DNA of 64,000 nucleotides from Candidatus Latescibacterota bacterium (lineage in GTDB: Bacteria > Latescibacterota > UBA2968 > GCA-2709665), in the NCBI GenBank assembly GCA_965116875.1, contig OZ220733.1, positions 1,504,001 through 1,568,000 of the forward strand, written 5' to 3'. Under the pieces are notes generated by a model. It was not told the DNA's origin and did not search any database. It saw only the letters and a program-made list of their open reading frames with translations. Numbering within the stretch: the stretch's first letter is position 1; every line of letters begins with the position of its first letter. Positions 1 to 9,347 of the stretch are shown here, in pieces. Both the position numbers and the translations under genes were made by a program.

Positions 1-10
1 TAGCCCGGAT

Positions 11-30
11 GGACTTTTTCAACGGGCTGT
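11..30. mobile_element. possible terminal inverted repeat of an IS/MITE extending left of the window
   Basis: GGACTTTTTCAACGGGCTGT resembles ...ACTTTTTCAACAGCCTG ends I recall for IS5/IS1182-like elements; the partner end is not visible. Confidence 0.2.
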
Positions 31-32
31 CA

Positions 33-353
33 GGAGAGCGGAAAACCGGCGGCGTTTCCTTGTAAATCGGAGAGTCTATCAATGACCGGCACGCGAAACC
101 TGGCCTTTCCCCCTCTTTCCTTTAGGAGAGAGGGTCGGGGAGAGAGGTCGATAAAAGGCGGTGAGAGGGTAGAGGTGAGACGGGAGAAGAAGCCCTTGCC
201 CGGTATGTTATTCCTTCTTGCTTCGGGCACGAAGAAAATCCTAACAAGGCAGGAAATCTCTACCGTCTACCGGCTTGCGTCTACCCGCTTTTACCTGACG
301 GCTGATAGCTGATGACTGACAACTTGTTTCCTGACGGCTGATTGCTGATGGCT
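33..353 (+). repeat. composite intergenic repeat mosaic
   Basis: 33-96 matches 21476-21539 and 63383-63406; palindrome CCCTCTTTCC-TTTA-GGAGAGAGGG+GGGGAGAGAGGTC at 111-149; ~130-bp armed element at 158-288; 7-nt periodic CTGAYRG run at 294-353. Confidence 0.8.
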
Positions 354-394
354 TCTCGTAAACCGCGGCACTCGTCACGGAGGATCTGCCTGAA

Positions 395-976
395 ATGAAC
401 CTTCGAATCACCCCGTATTCCATTTCACTGCCTTTCGCGCCTGTTGCCGCGATGGTGATACTCCTGGCTTCCGTTCCGGCGTCTGCCGGTACTTTCAAGG
501 TCGGCGGCGGGATGTTCTTAAACAAGAATGAACCGGGCGGCGGCGTTTCCGTTGACCTTGGCGATAACGGAATGACGCTTTCGCCGTTTGTAGACTATTT
601 CGGCAAGTCCGGCTCCCGCTTTTTCGGTGGCGGGCTCAATCTCGTATTCAAACGCACAGGAGGCGAAGAGTCGCAACTCTATATGGGCCTGGGAGGGGGG
701 ATCGCCTCCGTTAACGTTGAAGAAAGTTCGGCGGGCATCACCGGTTCGGCGTCAAAGACGCAGGCGATGGCGGACCTCGTGCTGGGCGTGGAATTCGACC
801 TGCACGAAAAAATCGGCGGGTTCATCCAGGTAAAATGGCTGGGGACCTTCGGCGGCGGCCGTGTGGACATCACGGGTTCAGTTGAAGGAAGGACGGTAAC
901 GATTCCGAATGCGATCAACCTGGAATTCAGAAACTTCGCGGTCCAGACCGGAGTCACGGTGGGTTTCTGGCGCTGA
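395..976 (+). CDS. outer-membrane beta-barrel protein (small OmpA-like barrel), paralog 1
   Basis: signal-peptide-like N-terminus, alternating hydrophobic strands, Gly-rich turns, LYMGLGGG, C-terminal strand GVTVGFW; start may be 452. Confidence 0.7.
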   Translation: MNLRITPYSISLPFAPVAAMVILLASVPASAGTFKVGGGMFLNKNEPGGGVSVDLGDNGMTLSPFVDYFGKSGSRFFGGGLNLVFKRTGGEESQLYMGLGGGIASVNVEESSAGITGSASKTQAMADLVLGVEFDLHEKIGGFIQVKWLGTFGGGRVDITGSVEGRTVTIPNAINLEFRNFAVQTGVTVGFWR

Positions 977-1161
977 TCGTGCCTCCGGCGGCCAGAGAAT
1001 ACAAATGGATGTCTGGATCGCATCGGTTGACCTGTACCGGCGCGTCCGGCGGTTTTTGGGTTGATTTTCAGCGGCATTTTGGCGATTATTGTTGGGATTG
1101 AACACTTCTTGTATCCTGGAGAGTCACCCATCCAGGCCGGACCGGTACAGGGGAGGAATGA

Positions 1162-1764
1162 ATGCAGGCGCTTATCCGCGTTCTCATTGCTGTTTGTTTC
1201 GCTGTAATGTTCACCGCTTCTGACGCGTGGGCGCAGCACGCGCTAAAGTTGGGCGCGGGCATACACTTCGATGAACAGACGCCAGGCATCGGACTCGCGT
1301 ATGACATCAGCGCCTCGGAGGGACTGGTGGCATTTTCGCCATTTATCGATTTCTTTTCGAAATCCGAAAGCACCGTCTTCGGCGGCGGCCTGAATCTTAT
1401 CGTGAAACGTCCCGCGGGCGAAAATGGAATCATCTACTTCGGAGGCGGGGGTGGAATCGGCAGCGTGACATCCAAGAGGGAATTTGACGTTGACATCGGT
1501 GATACCACCGATCAGTCGCTTGAAACGGTCGAAGCTTCAAGAACCCAGGCCATGGTCACTGTGCTGGCCGGCCTGGAGTTCGCCACAACCGAAAGGGCGT
1601 CTGTCTTCCTGCAGGGGAAGTGGATTGGCATGTACAGCGGAGACCCGGAAGTCATCCGTCTCTCCAGCGGCCAGGACGTGGCGCCCGAACTGGACATTAA
1701 GAGTTTTGCATTTCAGATTGGCCTCTCTCTCAATATCGGCCAATCGGAATATGAAGATTATTAG
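1162..1764 (+). CDS. outer-membrane beta-barrel protein, paralog 2
   Basis: RBS GGAGG, signal peptide AWA-Q; shares SPFxDxFxKS..FGGGLNLxxKR and SxTQAM with paralog 1. Confidence 0.75.
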   Translation: MQALIRVLIAVCFAVMFTASDAWAQHALKLGAGIHFDEQTPGIGLAYDISASEGLVAFSPFIDFFSKSESTVFGGGLNLIVKRPAGENGIIYFGGGGGIGSVTSKREFDVDIGDTTDQSLETVEASRTQAMVTVLAGLEFATTERASVFLQGKWIGMYSGDPEVIRLSSGQDVAPELDIKSFAFQIGLSLNIGQSEYEDY

Positions 1765-1815
1765 CAACGCATGTCACGCATGAAACAGGACTCGACCGCG
1801 CGTATTGGAGGCATA

Positions 1816-2319
1816 ATGAGAATTCGTATTATGGTTTTGCTGTCCGGCCTTGCGTTACTGGCGGCCACACCTGCCTACGCAAGAGATTTCGGGATGAATC
1901 TGGGAGGCGGTACTCTCTTCGACCCCACCAGGCCGGGCGGTCACTTTTCGTTCGAGATGTCGCTTAGCGACGAGTATCCCACTCACCTGGCGCCTTTTTT
2001 TGAATTCTACAGCAAGTCGGGGACAAAGATCATACCGATCGGTATCTCACTGCTGTACAAACCGCCGCTTTCCGAATACGGAGGCACGATCTATTTCGGC
2101 GCAGGCGGAGGCGCGTTGCTGATCCGGGGGCAACCCACGGCGGGCCTGACAACCGGCACCGACGGGATGATCACCGTGGCGGGCGGGTTGTCGTTTGGCG
2201 TGGGGCCCAGTGCCGGAGTGTTCGTTCAGGTACGCTGGTTCAGGTCTTTTGAAGACCAGACGGCAGAAAACGAAATCGGTGTTCAGGCCGGGATACGATT
2301 CTTCCTCCCGGGAGATTGA
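1816..2319 (+). CDS. outer-membrane beta-barrel protein, paralog 3
   Basis: GGAGG before ATG 1816, signal peptide AYA-R, IYFGAGGG and FVQVRW strands as in paralogs 1-2. Confidence 0.7.
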   Translation: MRIRIMVLLSGLALLAATPAYARDFGMNLGGGTLFDPTRPGGHFSFEMSLSDEYPTHLAPFFEFYSKSGTKIIPIGISLLYKPPLSEYGGTIYFGAGGGALLIRGQPTAGLTTGTDGMITVAGGLSFGVGPSAGVFVQVRWFRSFEDQTAENEIGVQAGIRFFLPGD

Positions 2320-2355
2320 TTGACGTACAACTGACGGGTTGAATGCTGAAATCCC

Positions 2356-2393
2356 AAAGCGCCGGCGCCCCTCTTCGGGGCCCCGGCGCTTTT
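2356..2393. terminator. bidirectional intrinsic terminator
   Basis: AAAGCGCCGG...CCGGCGCTTTT hairpin between convergent genes. Confidence 0.7.
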
Positions 2394-2468
2394 CCTCTGG
2401 TTCCTGGAAACCGTTTTTAAAACTCCCAGCGGTCTTCGAGCGGCTGCCGGGAATCCGCCCCGGCCCTG

Positions 2469-3968
2469 TCAACTCCTGTTTCGCAGCAGGTCAACCAGAA
2501 GGCGCACACCCACGCCCGTGCCGCCCCTGGGAACGTACGGCAGGTCCTTGTTCGCCCAGGCCGTGCCGGCAATGTCCAGGTGAGCCCAGGGAAAGTCCTG
2601 CACGAAGGCTTCGATGAACGCCGCGCCCGTGATGGCGCCACCCGCGCGGCCGCCGGTGTTCTTCAGATCGGCAACGTCGCTCTTCATCTCCTCCCGATGG
2701 CCGTCCAGAACGGGAAGGCGCCACGCGATTTCATCCGTCCTTTCTCCTGCAGCCGCAATTTCAGCCGCCAGTGCGTCGTCGTTTGAGAAGAGCCCGCTGG
2801 CCTCGTGTCCCAGGGCGATGACGCATGCGCCGGTGAGGGTGGCAAGATCGATCGCCGCGGAGGGTTTGTAGCGGGCGGCATAGGCCACGGCGTCGGCCAG
2901 GACCAGGCGGCCTTCGGCGTCCGTAGACCGGATTTCGATGGTTTTTCCCAGCATGGAGCGGACAATGTCGCCCGGCTTGAGCGCGCGACTGCCGGGCATG
3001 TTTTCCGAGGCGGCCACAAGGCCGATCGTGCGTACCGGCAAATCCAGCCGCGCCACAGCCTGCATCGCGCCGATGACGGCGGCGGCGCCTCCCATGTCGA
3101 ACTTCATATCCCACATGCCCTCGGAGCCCTTGATGGAAATGCCGCCGGAATCGAATGTAATCCCCTTTCCAATCAGCACCGCCGGCGCCGCTTCCGGATC
3201 ATCGCCCTCGTGTTCAAGAACAATGAACCTGGGGGGTTGCGCGCTGCCCTGCGCCACCGCCTGGATGGTGCGCATGCCTTCGCCTGCAATCCGCTCCTCG
3301 TCGAAGATCTCGCACCGCAGACCCGTTTCATGGGCCATGGTTTCGGCCCGTCCGGCGAGTATGGCGGGTGTCATTTCGTTTCCCGGATGGCTTCCCAGGT
3401 CCCGGGCCAGGCACGCGGCTTCGGCGATGATTCGCCCCGCATCCGAACCGTTTTCAACATCGGTCTTTTTGCCCGCATCGAATTCGACCAGTGTAAGTCC
3501 TTCCAATTCGTTATTGTCGTCGTCGTCCGCGGTCTTGTACGGCGTAAAGCGGTACGTCCCGAGAACGGCGCCCTCGACAACGGCCTGGGCCGCGGCTGAG
3601 ACGTCCAGACCACCCACCCCGCCGCCGTGAACCAACGTGGCCAGCTGTTCCGCGCCCAGGCCGCGGGCGTGACGCGCCGCGGCGGCGGAGACCTGCCGTA
3701 CCCGGTCGAGGGTGAATTCCTCGCGTTTGCCAAGACCAACAAGAAGGAGACGCTTCGCGGAAATGCCATCCCGCGGATAGAGTACGGCAATCTGTTTGAA
3801 CTTTCCCGTGAAATCGCCGGTTTCAATCAGCTCCCGGACCTGGCCGTTCAGTGCGGCGTCCACCGCGCCGGTGGCGCCGCCGGGTACCGTGACGCCCTCG
3901 AACAGATTCAGCACAATCGCGTCCGTTTCCCACTCTACGATGTTTTCAATCGCTACGGATATGTCCAC
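2469..3968 (-). CDS. pepA: leucyl aminopeptidase (M17)
   Basis: GKGITFDSGG, MKFDMGG, STDAEGRL, DLATLTGA, HLDIAG motifs; GTG start at 3968 after AGGAGG. Confidence 0.95.
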   Translation of the reverse strand: MDISVAIENIVEWETDAIVLNLFEGVTVPGGATGAVDAALNGQVRELIETGDFTGKFKQIAVLYPRDGISAKRLLLVGLGKREEFTLDRVRQVSAAAARHARGLGAEQLATLVHGGGVGGLDVSAAAQAVVEGAVLGTYRFTPYKTADDDDNNELEGLTLVEFDAGKKTDVENGSDAGRIIAEAACLARDLGSHPGNEMTPAILAGRAETMAHETGLRCEIFDEERIAGEGMRTIQAVAQGSAQPPRFIVLEHEGDDPEAAPAVLIGKGITFDSGGISIKGSEGMWDMKFDMGGAAAVIGAMQAVARLDLPVRTIGLVAASENMPGSRALKPGDIVRSMLGKTIEIRSTDAEGRLVLADAVAYAARYKPSAAIDLATLTGACVIALGHEASGLFSNDDALAAEIAAAGERTDEIAWRLPVLDGHREEMKSDVADLKNTGGRAGGAITGAAFIEAFVQDFPWAHLDIAGTAWANKDLPYVPRGGTGVGVRLLVDLLRNRS

Positions 3969-4109
3969 AAAACCTCCTGTTGGTGACGGTTGGCGCTGTC
4001 CCGGTTTCCGCATTTCCCCCCGCGTAACCGCCTGTTCGAATTGCTCTCATCGCATTGCGCAAGAATCGCCGGCACATGGGGGGCCGGCAAATGCGCTGTG
4101 TATCCGGCG

Positions 4110-4748
4110 CTACCACGGGTCAGAACGCCCCGAAAAAAAGGGATTGCTCGATTTCTCAAGGCCCACGGTGGTGAAGGGTCCATGACCGGGATAGATTTTC
4201 GTTTCGTCGTCCAGAGTCAGAATCTTCTCCCGTATAGACCTGAGCAATAGGTCCGCATCGCCGCCCGGCAGGTCGGTGCGGCCGATGGAGCCGGCAAAGA
4301 GACTGTCCCCGACGATCGCGTGCCCCGGCCACTTGAGGGTGATATTGCCCCGTGCGTGGCCCGGCGTGTGGACAATCTCAAGGGTTTCCTCACCCATGCT
4401 GACGACGTCGCCCTCGCGAAGGAAACGATCGATGCGCGGCGGCGGCTCCGCGTCCATACCGACGGATCCGGCGATTTCGACGAGGTTTTCCACCTGGTAG
4501 CGGTCGGCGGGATGTATTGCAAACGGGGCGCCGGTTTCGCGGACCGCCGAGGCCGCGTGCGCGATGTGGTCGTAATGTCCGTGGGTGGCTATGACTTCCA
4601 CGACGCGGATGTCGTCTTCCAGGACGAGTTCCATGACCTCCGGGACGTTGTCGCCAGGATCGACGATAATGCCCTCGAGGGTTTTTTCGCAGGCCAGGAC
4701 GAAGCAGTTCACCTGCAACGGACCGACTATGATTGATTTGAAGATCAA
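4110..4748 (-). CDS. MBL-fold metallo-hydrolase (glyoxalase II-like)
   Basis: THGHYDH, HTPGH, GDSLFAGSIGRTD, PGHG motifs; TTG start at 4748 after GAGGTG. Confidence 0.9.
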   Translation of the reverse strand: MIFKSIIVGPLQVNCFVLACEKTLEGIIVDPGDNVPEVMELVLEDDIRVVEVIATHGHYDHIAHAASAVRETGAPFAIHPADRYQVENLVEIAGSVGMDAEPPPRIDRFLREGDVVSMGEETLEIVHTPGHARGNITLKWPGHAIVGDSLFAGSIGRTDLPGGDADLLLRSIREKILTLDDETKIYPGHGPFTTVGLEKSSNPFFSGRSDPW

Positions 4749-4760
4749 GAAACACCTCGC

Positions 4761-4864
4761 GGGCGCCCACAAGGGACGCCCCTACCAATGCAACGTCGGC
4801 GCCGAACCCGGAGCGTTAAATTCGTGGATGTCTGGTATTGTAGGGGCGTCCCTTGTGGGCGCCC
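4761..4864. repeat. inverted pair of GTAG-type REP sequences
   Basis: GGGCGCCCACAAGGGACGCCCCTAC (4761-4785) and its exact reverse complement (4840-4864); another copy at 41070-41094. Confidence 0.85.
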
Positions 4865-4916
4865 GGAAAATAGCACCGGCGACGCATGATCATGTACCGC
4901 AAATTGCCAATTTGAA

Positions 4917-6245
4917 CTACGATTCCAGGCCTTCCTCACCGGCGTGGATGGACGCGAGGACCCAGGGATCGCGGGTTTCCACGCGGAACGCCCTGACCTT
5001 CCGCCGCATCGTCTCCGCGACCTCGGCAACCTCCGGATCGTCGATCAGATTGGTGGACTCCTGCGGATCGGCTTCAATGTCGAACAGCGCTTCTCCATCC
5101 TGATGCAGAAACCGTTCCGTGGGCCGCCTCCCCATCATCCCGATCCCCTCATCCAGGACCGTCTGCCAGGTGGGAGACGCCCACAGATCTCCCGGAATCG
5201 GCGTTGTCAGCTCAGGATAGAGATTGCGGACGTATTTATACTTTCTTCCCCTCAACACACGGTACGGATAGTAGTTCGTCACCTCGTGGAACGAGTGTGA
5301 AAAGAACGTCTCTTCCCATCCCTCCGGTTGGGCTTCGTCCAGAATCGGGACCAGGGAACGCTCCGGAAGCCCGTCCGGTGGTTCCACTCCGCACCAATCC
5401 AGGACCGTCGGCGCAATATTGCACCAGTTCACAAGCGCGTCGGACCTGACTGACGGCGCATCGGGCCGTACCAGAATCAGCGGACAGCGATGCCCGGAGT
5501 CGAACGAGGACCCCTTTGCGCCGGGAAACGGCATCCCATGGTCGCTCATCACAACGATCAGCGTGTCGTCCGCCCTCCCGGCGGCTTCCAGCGTATCCAC
5601 CGCCATCCCGATCCCCTGATCCAGCCTGGATATCGACTGGTAATATTCCGCCAGTTCTCTCCGCACGGCGGGACGGTCGGGCAGGAAATCGGGCACAACC
5701 ACCTCGTCGGGCGAATAACGCACCTCTTCCACGTCAGGATAGGTCTCCCGATTTCCGAAATTTCGATGCGGATCTCCGAAACCCATGTGCAGATAAAAGG
5801 GCCGGTCACCCGTCTGAGAAAGGAACTCACCGGCCTGCCGGGCCATCTCGGCCACGTTGCGGGTCCCGCCGCGCACCTGCTGCCCGTCGCACGTCCATGG
5901 ATATACCTCTTCCGGCTGTACGTGCAGCTTGCCCACAATCCCGGTGGAAAAACCCGCCGGGCCCAGTGTCCTGGGGATGGAGGGCATAGACAGTTGCGTG
6001 TGAAAATTGTGGATCCCGTGCGTGTGCCCGTACTGCCCGTGGGTGTGGCTGTAGTGCCCCGTCAACACGCACGCCCGGCTGGCCGCGCAGGAAGGCGTTG
6101 TACAGAAGGCCTGGGTAAACACCGTTCCACGCGACGCCAGTGCGTCCACATGAGGCGTCCGGATCGCCGGATTTCCGTAGCATCCGGCAATCGGGCTCCA
6201 GTCGTCGGCAATCAGCAGGAGTACGCTGCGATGATCTGTTGCCAT
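4917..6245 (-). CDS. formylglycine-dependent sulfatase (sulfamidase-like)
   Basis: LIADD, CAASRACVLTG signature, GKLH, SDHG. Confidence 0.9.
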   Translation of the reverse strand: MATDHRSVLLLIADDWSPIAGCYGNPAIRTPHVDALASRGTVFTQAFCTTPSCAASRACVLTGHYSHTHGQYGHTHGIHNFHTQLSMPSIPRTLGPAGFSTGIVGKLHVQPEEVYPWTCDGQQVRGGTRNVAEMARQAGEFLSQTGDRPFYLHMGFGDPHRNFGNRETYPDVEEVRYSPDEVVVPDFLPDRPAVRRELAEYYQSISRLDQGIGMAVDTLEAAGRADDTLIVVMSDHGMPFPGAKGSSFDSGHRCPLILVRPDAPSVRSDALVNWCNIAPTVLDWCGVEPPDGLPERSLVPILDEAQPEGWEETFFSHSFHEVTNYYPYRVLRGRKYKYVRNLYPELTTPIPGDLWASPTWQTVLDEGIGMMGRRPTERFLHQDGEALFDIEADPQESTNLIDDPEVAEVAETMRRKVRAFRVETRDPWVLASIHAGEEGLES

Positions 6246-6309
6246 AGCATTCCTTTATCGAGGGTCACAGGGGTGAATCGGCTTGTCAGGCCGGGCGGGA
6301 TCATTTATT

Positions 6310-6753
6310 TTATGCGCGGTCCGCCGCACGATCGGATAACCCGAGCATCCGGCGTTTCAATGCCGCGTTTTCCCCGTTCCTGATCTTCCATAACAGAAAA
6401 ACCATCAGCAGGGCGCCGGCGGCGTCGTACAAGACGTCTGTCCAGGTTCCCAGTCGCCCCGGAACGGAAGCCTGATGGAACTCGTCGGTCGCGGCGAAAC
6501 ATACGGACAGAACCGCGCTCCATGCCAGACATGGTCCAAAACGGCGGGTCTCAATCCGGATTGACCGCAGCCAGAGATACGTGAGGACCGCATATTCAGT
6601 CAAATGGGCAAGCTTGCGAACCGCGTAATTCAAAATGCCGAACCAGGCCTCCGTCGCATCCGCGGACATGCCGAAAGCGAACCATCTGCTCGATAACAGA
6701 AAAATCAGTCCCATCCACCCCGCCAGCGCGATACGCCATTTTCTGACCGTCAA
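6310..6753 (-). CDS. VanZ family membrane protein
   Basis: RKLAHLTEY, DEFHQASVPGR, DVLYD motifs; start uncertain (TTG 6753 chosen). Confidence 0.85.
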   Translation of the reverse strand: MTVRKWRIALAGWMGLIFLLSSRWFAFGMSADATEAWFGILNYAVRKLAHLTEYAVLTYLWLRSIRIETRRFGPCLAWSAVLSVCFAATDEFHQASVPGRLGTWTDVLYDAAGALLMVFLLWKIRNGENAALKRRMLGLSDRAADRA

Positions 6754-6889
6754 TCCAACCTCGATTCGCCGTATAACCGTTTCGTCTCCAGAGTCCTTTA
6801 AGATCGTCTCTCGACGAATTCGCGTCAAGCACAAACCCGGCTGTACACCGTTTTTGCGGTCCGGGCACCATTCATCAGGAGTATCCGCG

Positions 6890-7564
6890 ATGCAAGGCTA
6901 TCAGCAGGAATTCATCGACTTTCTGATTGAGACCGGCGCCCTCCGTTTCGGCGAATTCACGCTCAAGAGCGGCAGAAGGTCCCCGTATTTCTTCAACGCC
7001 GGACAATTCAACACCGGCGCGGAAATCGAGCGTCTCGGCTATTTCTACGCCTGCGCCATCCGGGAGTTTGACGTTGAACCGACGCTGGTTTTCGGTCCGG
7101 CATATAAGGGTATCCCGCTCTGCATCGCCGCAGCCATCGCACTGCGCCAGCGCTTCGACGTGGACACCTGCTATGGCTTTGACCGGAAAGAGATCAAGGA
7201 ACACGGCGAGGGAGGCTGGCTCGTTGGCAAGGCGCCCGACCCGCAGGACCGCGTGGTGCTGGTAGACGACGTGGTCACCGACGGCGCCACCAAGATTCAG
7301 ATGATCCGCAGACTGAAAGCGGCGTGCAGCGCGCGGATATCGGGTCTGGTCATCGCTCTGGACCGCAAGGAGAAGAACGCCGATGGAGAAGACGCTGTGG
7401 CGGCTCTTCAGACCGCCGCCGGCGTACCCGTACGTTCCATAATCACCATCCATGACATTCTTGAATACCTGCCCGGCCGCAGCATCAACGGACGGATTGC
7501 CCTTACCTCCGACGTCAGAGGGCGAATCGAATGTTACCTGGACGAACACGGAATTACCGGGTGA
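6890..7564 (+). CDS. pyrE: orotate phosphoribosyltransferase
   Basis: FTLKSGRRSPYFFN, FGPAYKGIP, RKEIKEHGEGG, PRPP motif VLVDDVVTDG; ATG 6890 after AGGAG. Confidence 0.95.
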   Translation: MQGYQQEFIDFLIETGALRFGEFTLKSGRRSPYFFNAGQFNTGAEIERLGYFYACAIREFDVEPTLVFGPAYKGIPLCIAAAIALRQRFDVDTCYGFDRKEIKEHGEGGWLVGKAPDPQDRVVLVDDVVTDGATKIQMIRRLKAACSARISGLVIALDRKEKNADGEDAVAALQTAAGVPVRSIITIHDILEYLPGRSINGRIALTSDVRGRIECYLDEHGITG

Positions 7565-7661
7565 CCGGTTCCAGCGTCGGTTGAAGAGAACGACGAAACT
7601 ACCCCACAACACCGGACGCACGCTTCCCGTCCCCATCCCTGAGAAGAACCGGCGGGATCGC

Positions 7662-8864
7662 TTATTCAGGTGCGTGCGCCACCCCTCCACAGTATGCCGC
7701 GGCCGTCATCGCATATACCCGGGCAACCCGAACCAGTTCGTCCACGGCGACGGCCTCGGACAGCGTATGCGCTCCTTTCGCATCCGGCCCATGCGTCAGC
7801 GCCGGAATACCGGCAAGCGCCGCGTAGGTATTGCCGTCGTCCACGAACGGCTTGCCGCCGGGGGGCAGTTCTCTGCCCGAAACCGCCGCGTACGCCGTCT
7901 GAAACGCGCTGACAATCGCGTCTTCGCGCGAGACCCGGAACGCGTCTCCCTGAACCTGGAAGTCGACCGTCGCCGAGGTTCCCGATTCCGCTGCGAGTTC
8001 CTCGACCAGCGCACGAAACCCGGCTTCGACAGCTTCGGCACGGCCGGGGGTGACCCATCGTCTCGTACCCCTGACCCCGCACCCTACCGGCGCCTGATTG
8101 TAGATCTCGCCCGACTCGATGAGCCCCACGAATACCGAATCACAACCCGACCAGGGGTCCGTAATCCTCGCCAGCGACTTATCCAGGTTCCGGAGACGGC
8201 AGACAAGCTCGGCGCCGGCTCCAGGAACGTCGGGCGTCTCCGGTGGCCGCAGGACCTCGTGAACCGGATCCCCCTCTCTGCTGAGCGAAACCTCGAAGAT
8301 TGCCATTCCCCGTCCGGCCAGAGGCAGACGGTCCGCCAGGTACTCCGGAAGCATCACGGCGTCGCCCACAAAACCCTCCGCAACCAGCGCTCTCACCTGG
8401 CGCCGGTCTCCCCATGGACCTTCGTGATGGTCGTGCGCCGTAAGCAGCACGCTCCCACCAGAAAGCGCTTCGGTTTCGCGCAGCGCCCGGAGCGCCTCGA
8501 CGGCCGCGGCGATTCCACCCTTCATGTCCGAGGCGCCGGAACCGTACAGGATGCCTTCTTCCATCCTCGGCGGAACAAACGGCAGGTGAACCGTATCCAG
8601 GTGCCCGTCGAACTGCAGCGTTCGTCCCCGCCGCCCCGTATCCAGCCGGACGACAACGGCGGGCGCTTCGGGCCAGTCTGCTTCCGGCCGTTTCACCTCG
8701 AATCCGTCGTCGGCCAGTATCTCCGCGAGACGGTCCGCCACGGCGCCGGCGCTCCGCGTGGGGCTGGGCACCGAAATCAGCGCCATCGCGGTTTCAACAA
8801 GCCGTTCCCGATTCACCGCGGACCGGATTTTTTCCAATTGTTCCCCATCTGAAGCGCTGGCCAC
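7662..8864 (-). CDS. M20 family metallopeptidase/deacylase (ArgE/DapE-like)
   Basis: DGHLDTV, GASDMKGG, C-terminal GAHTLSE. Confidence 0.85.
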   Translation of the reverse strand: MASASDGEQLEKIRSAVNRERLVETAMALISVPSPTRSAGAVADRLAEILADDGFEVKRPEADWPEAPAVVVRLDTGRRGRTLQFDGHLDTVHLPFVPPRMEEGILYGSGASDMKGGIAAAVEALRALRETEALSGGSVLLTAHDHHEGPWGDRRQVRALVAEGFVGDAVMLPEYLADRLPLAGRGMAIFEVSLSREGDPVHEVLRPPETPDVPGAGAELVCRLRNLDKSLARITDPWSGCDSVFVGLIESGEIYNQAPVGCGVRGTRRWVTPGRAEAVEAGFRALVEELAAESGTSATVDFQVQGDAFRVSREDAIVSAFQTAYAAVSGRELPPGGKPFVDDGNTYAALAGIPALTHGPDAKGAHTLSEAVAVDELVRVARVYAMTAAAYCGGVAHAPE

Positions 8865-9059
8865 AATGCCCTCCCGGGAGCGATGTCCCTGAAACCGGTT
8901 CCGTGCGAAAAAATCAGACGTTCAGTGATGGTGATCATTCACTGCTTTCAAGGACAGTCTGAAAGGACGATCTTGGATGCGTGAGTACCTGGTTTTCCTG
9001 ATAGTCGTTTCGTAGTGCCAATGCAGGTCACCTTCTCCTTGCCACGGATGTCGATAACA

Positions 9060-9131
9060 GGAACCGTTTTGGGACCGGTGCGGTTGGCGTTTCCGGGAGC
9101 GAGGGCATCCTGCCCTCGACGTCGGATAGCT
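9060..9131 (+). repeat. REP-like palindrome GGAGCGAGGGCATCCTGCCCTCG with conserved flanks
   Basis: core at 9096-9118; flanks similar to 29850-29921. Confidence 0.8.
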
Positions 9132-9347
9132 GTTGGAAAAAGACGACTCTGGACGGCAGCGGAAAAAATGAAAAACAGTTGCGTTGCAAGAGGCAAATGT
9201 GGTATAAATATACCGGGTCGGCAGTGAGAAATATAGAGCGGCTCCGGTACACTTCAAGTACACAAACGAGTGCCGCCGTAACGATCGCGGGGCCGGCGCC
9301 GGAATTTATATGCTGTTCTGAAATCCCCAGCGGTTCGAGGAGGCAAA

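Noticed and set aside
30-312. Small ORFs over intergenic repeats (also 21355-21618, 44661-44921, 59287-59628, 62865-63053)
   Set aside because: They are translations of the repeat families, giving recurring peptides such as LSRWERGPGRE.
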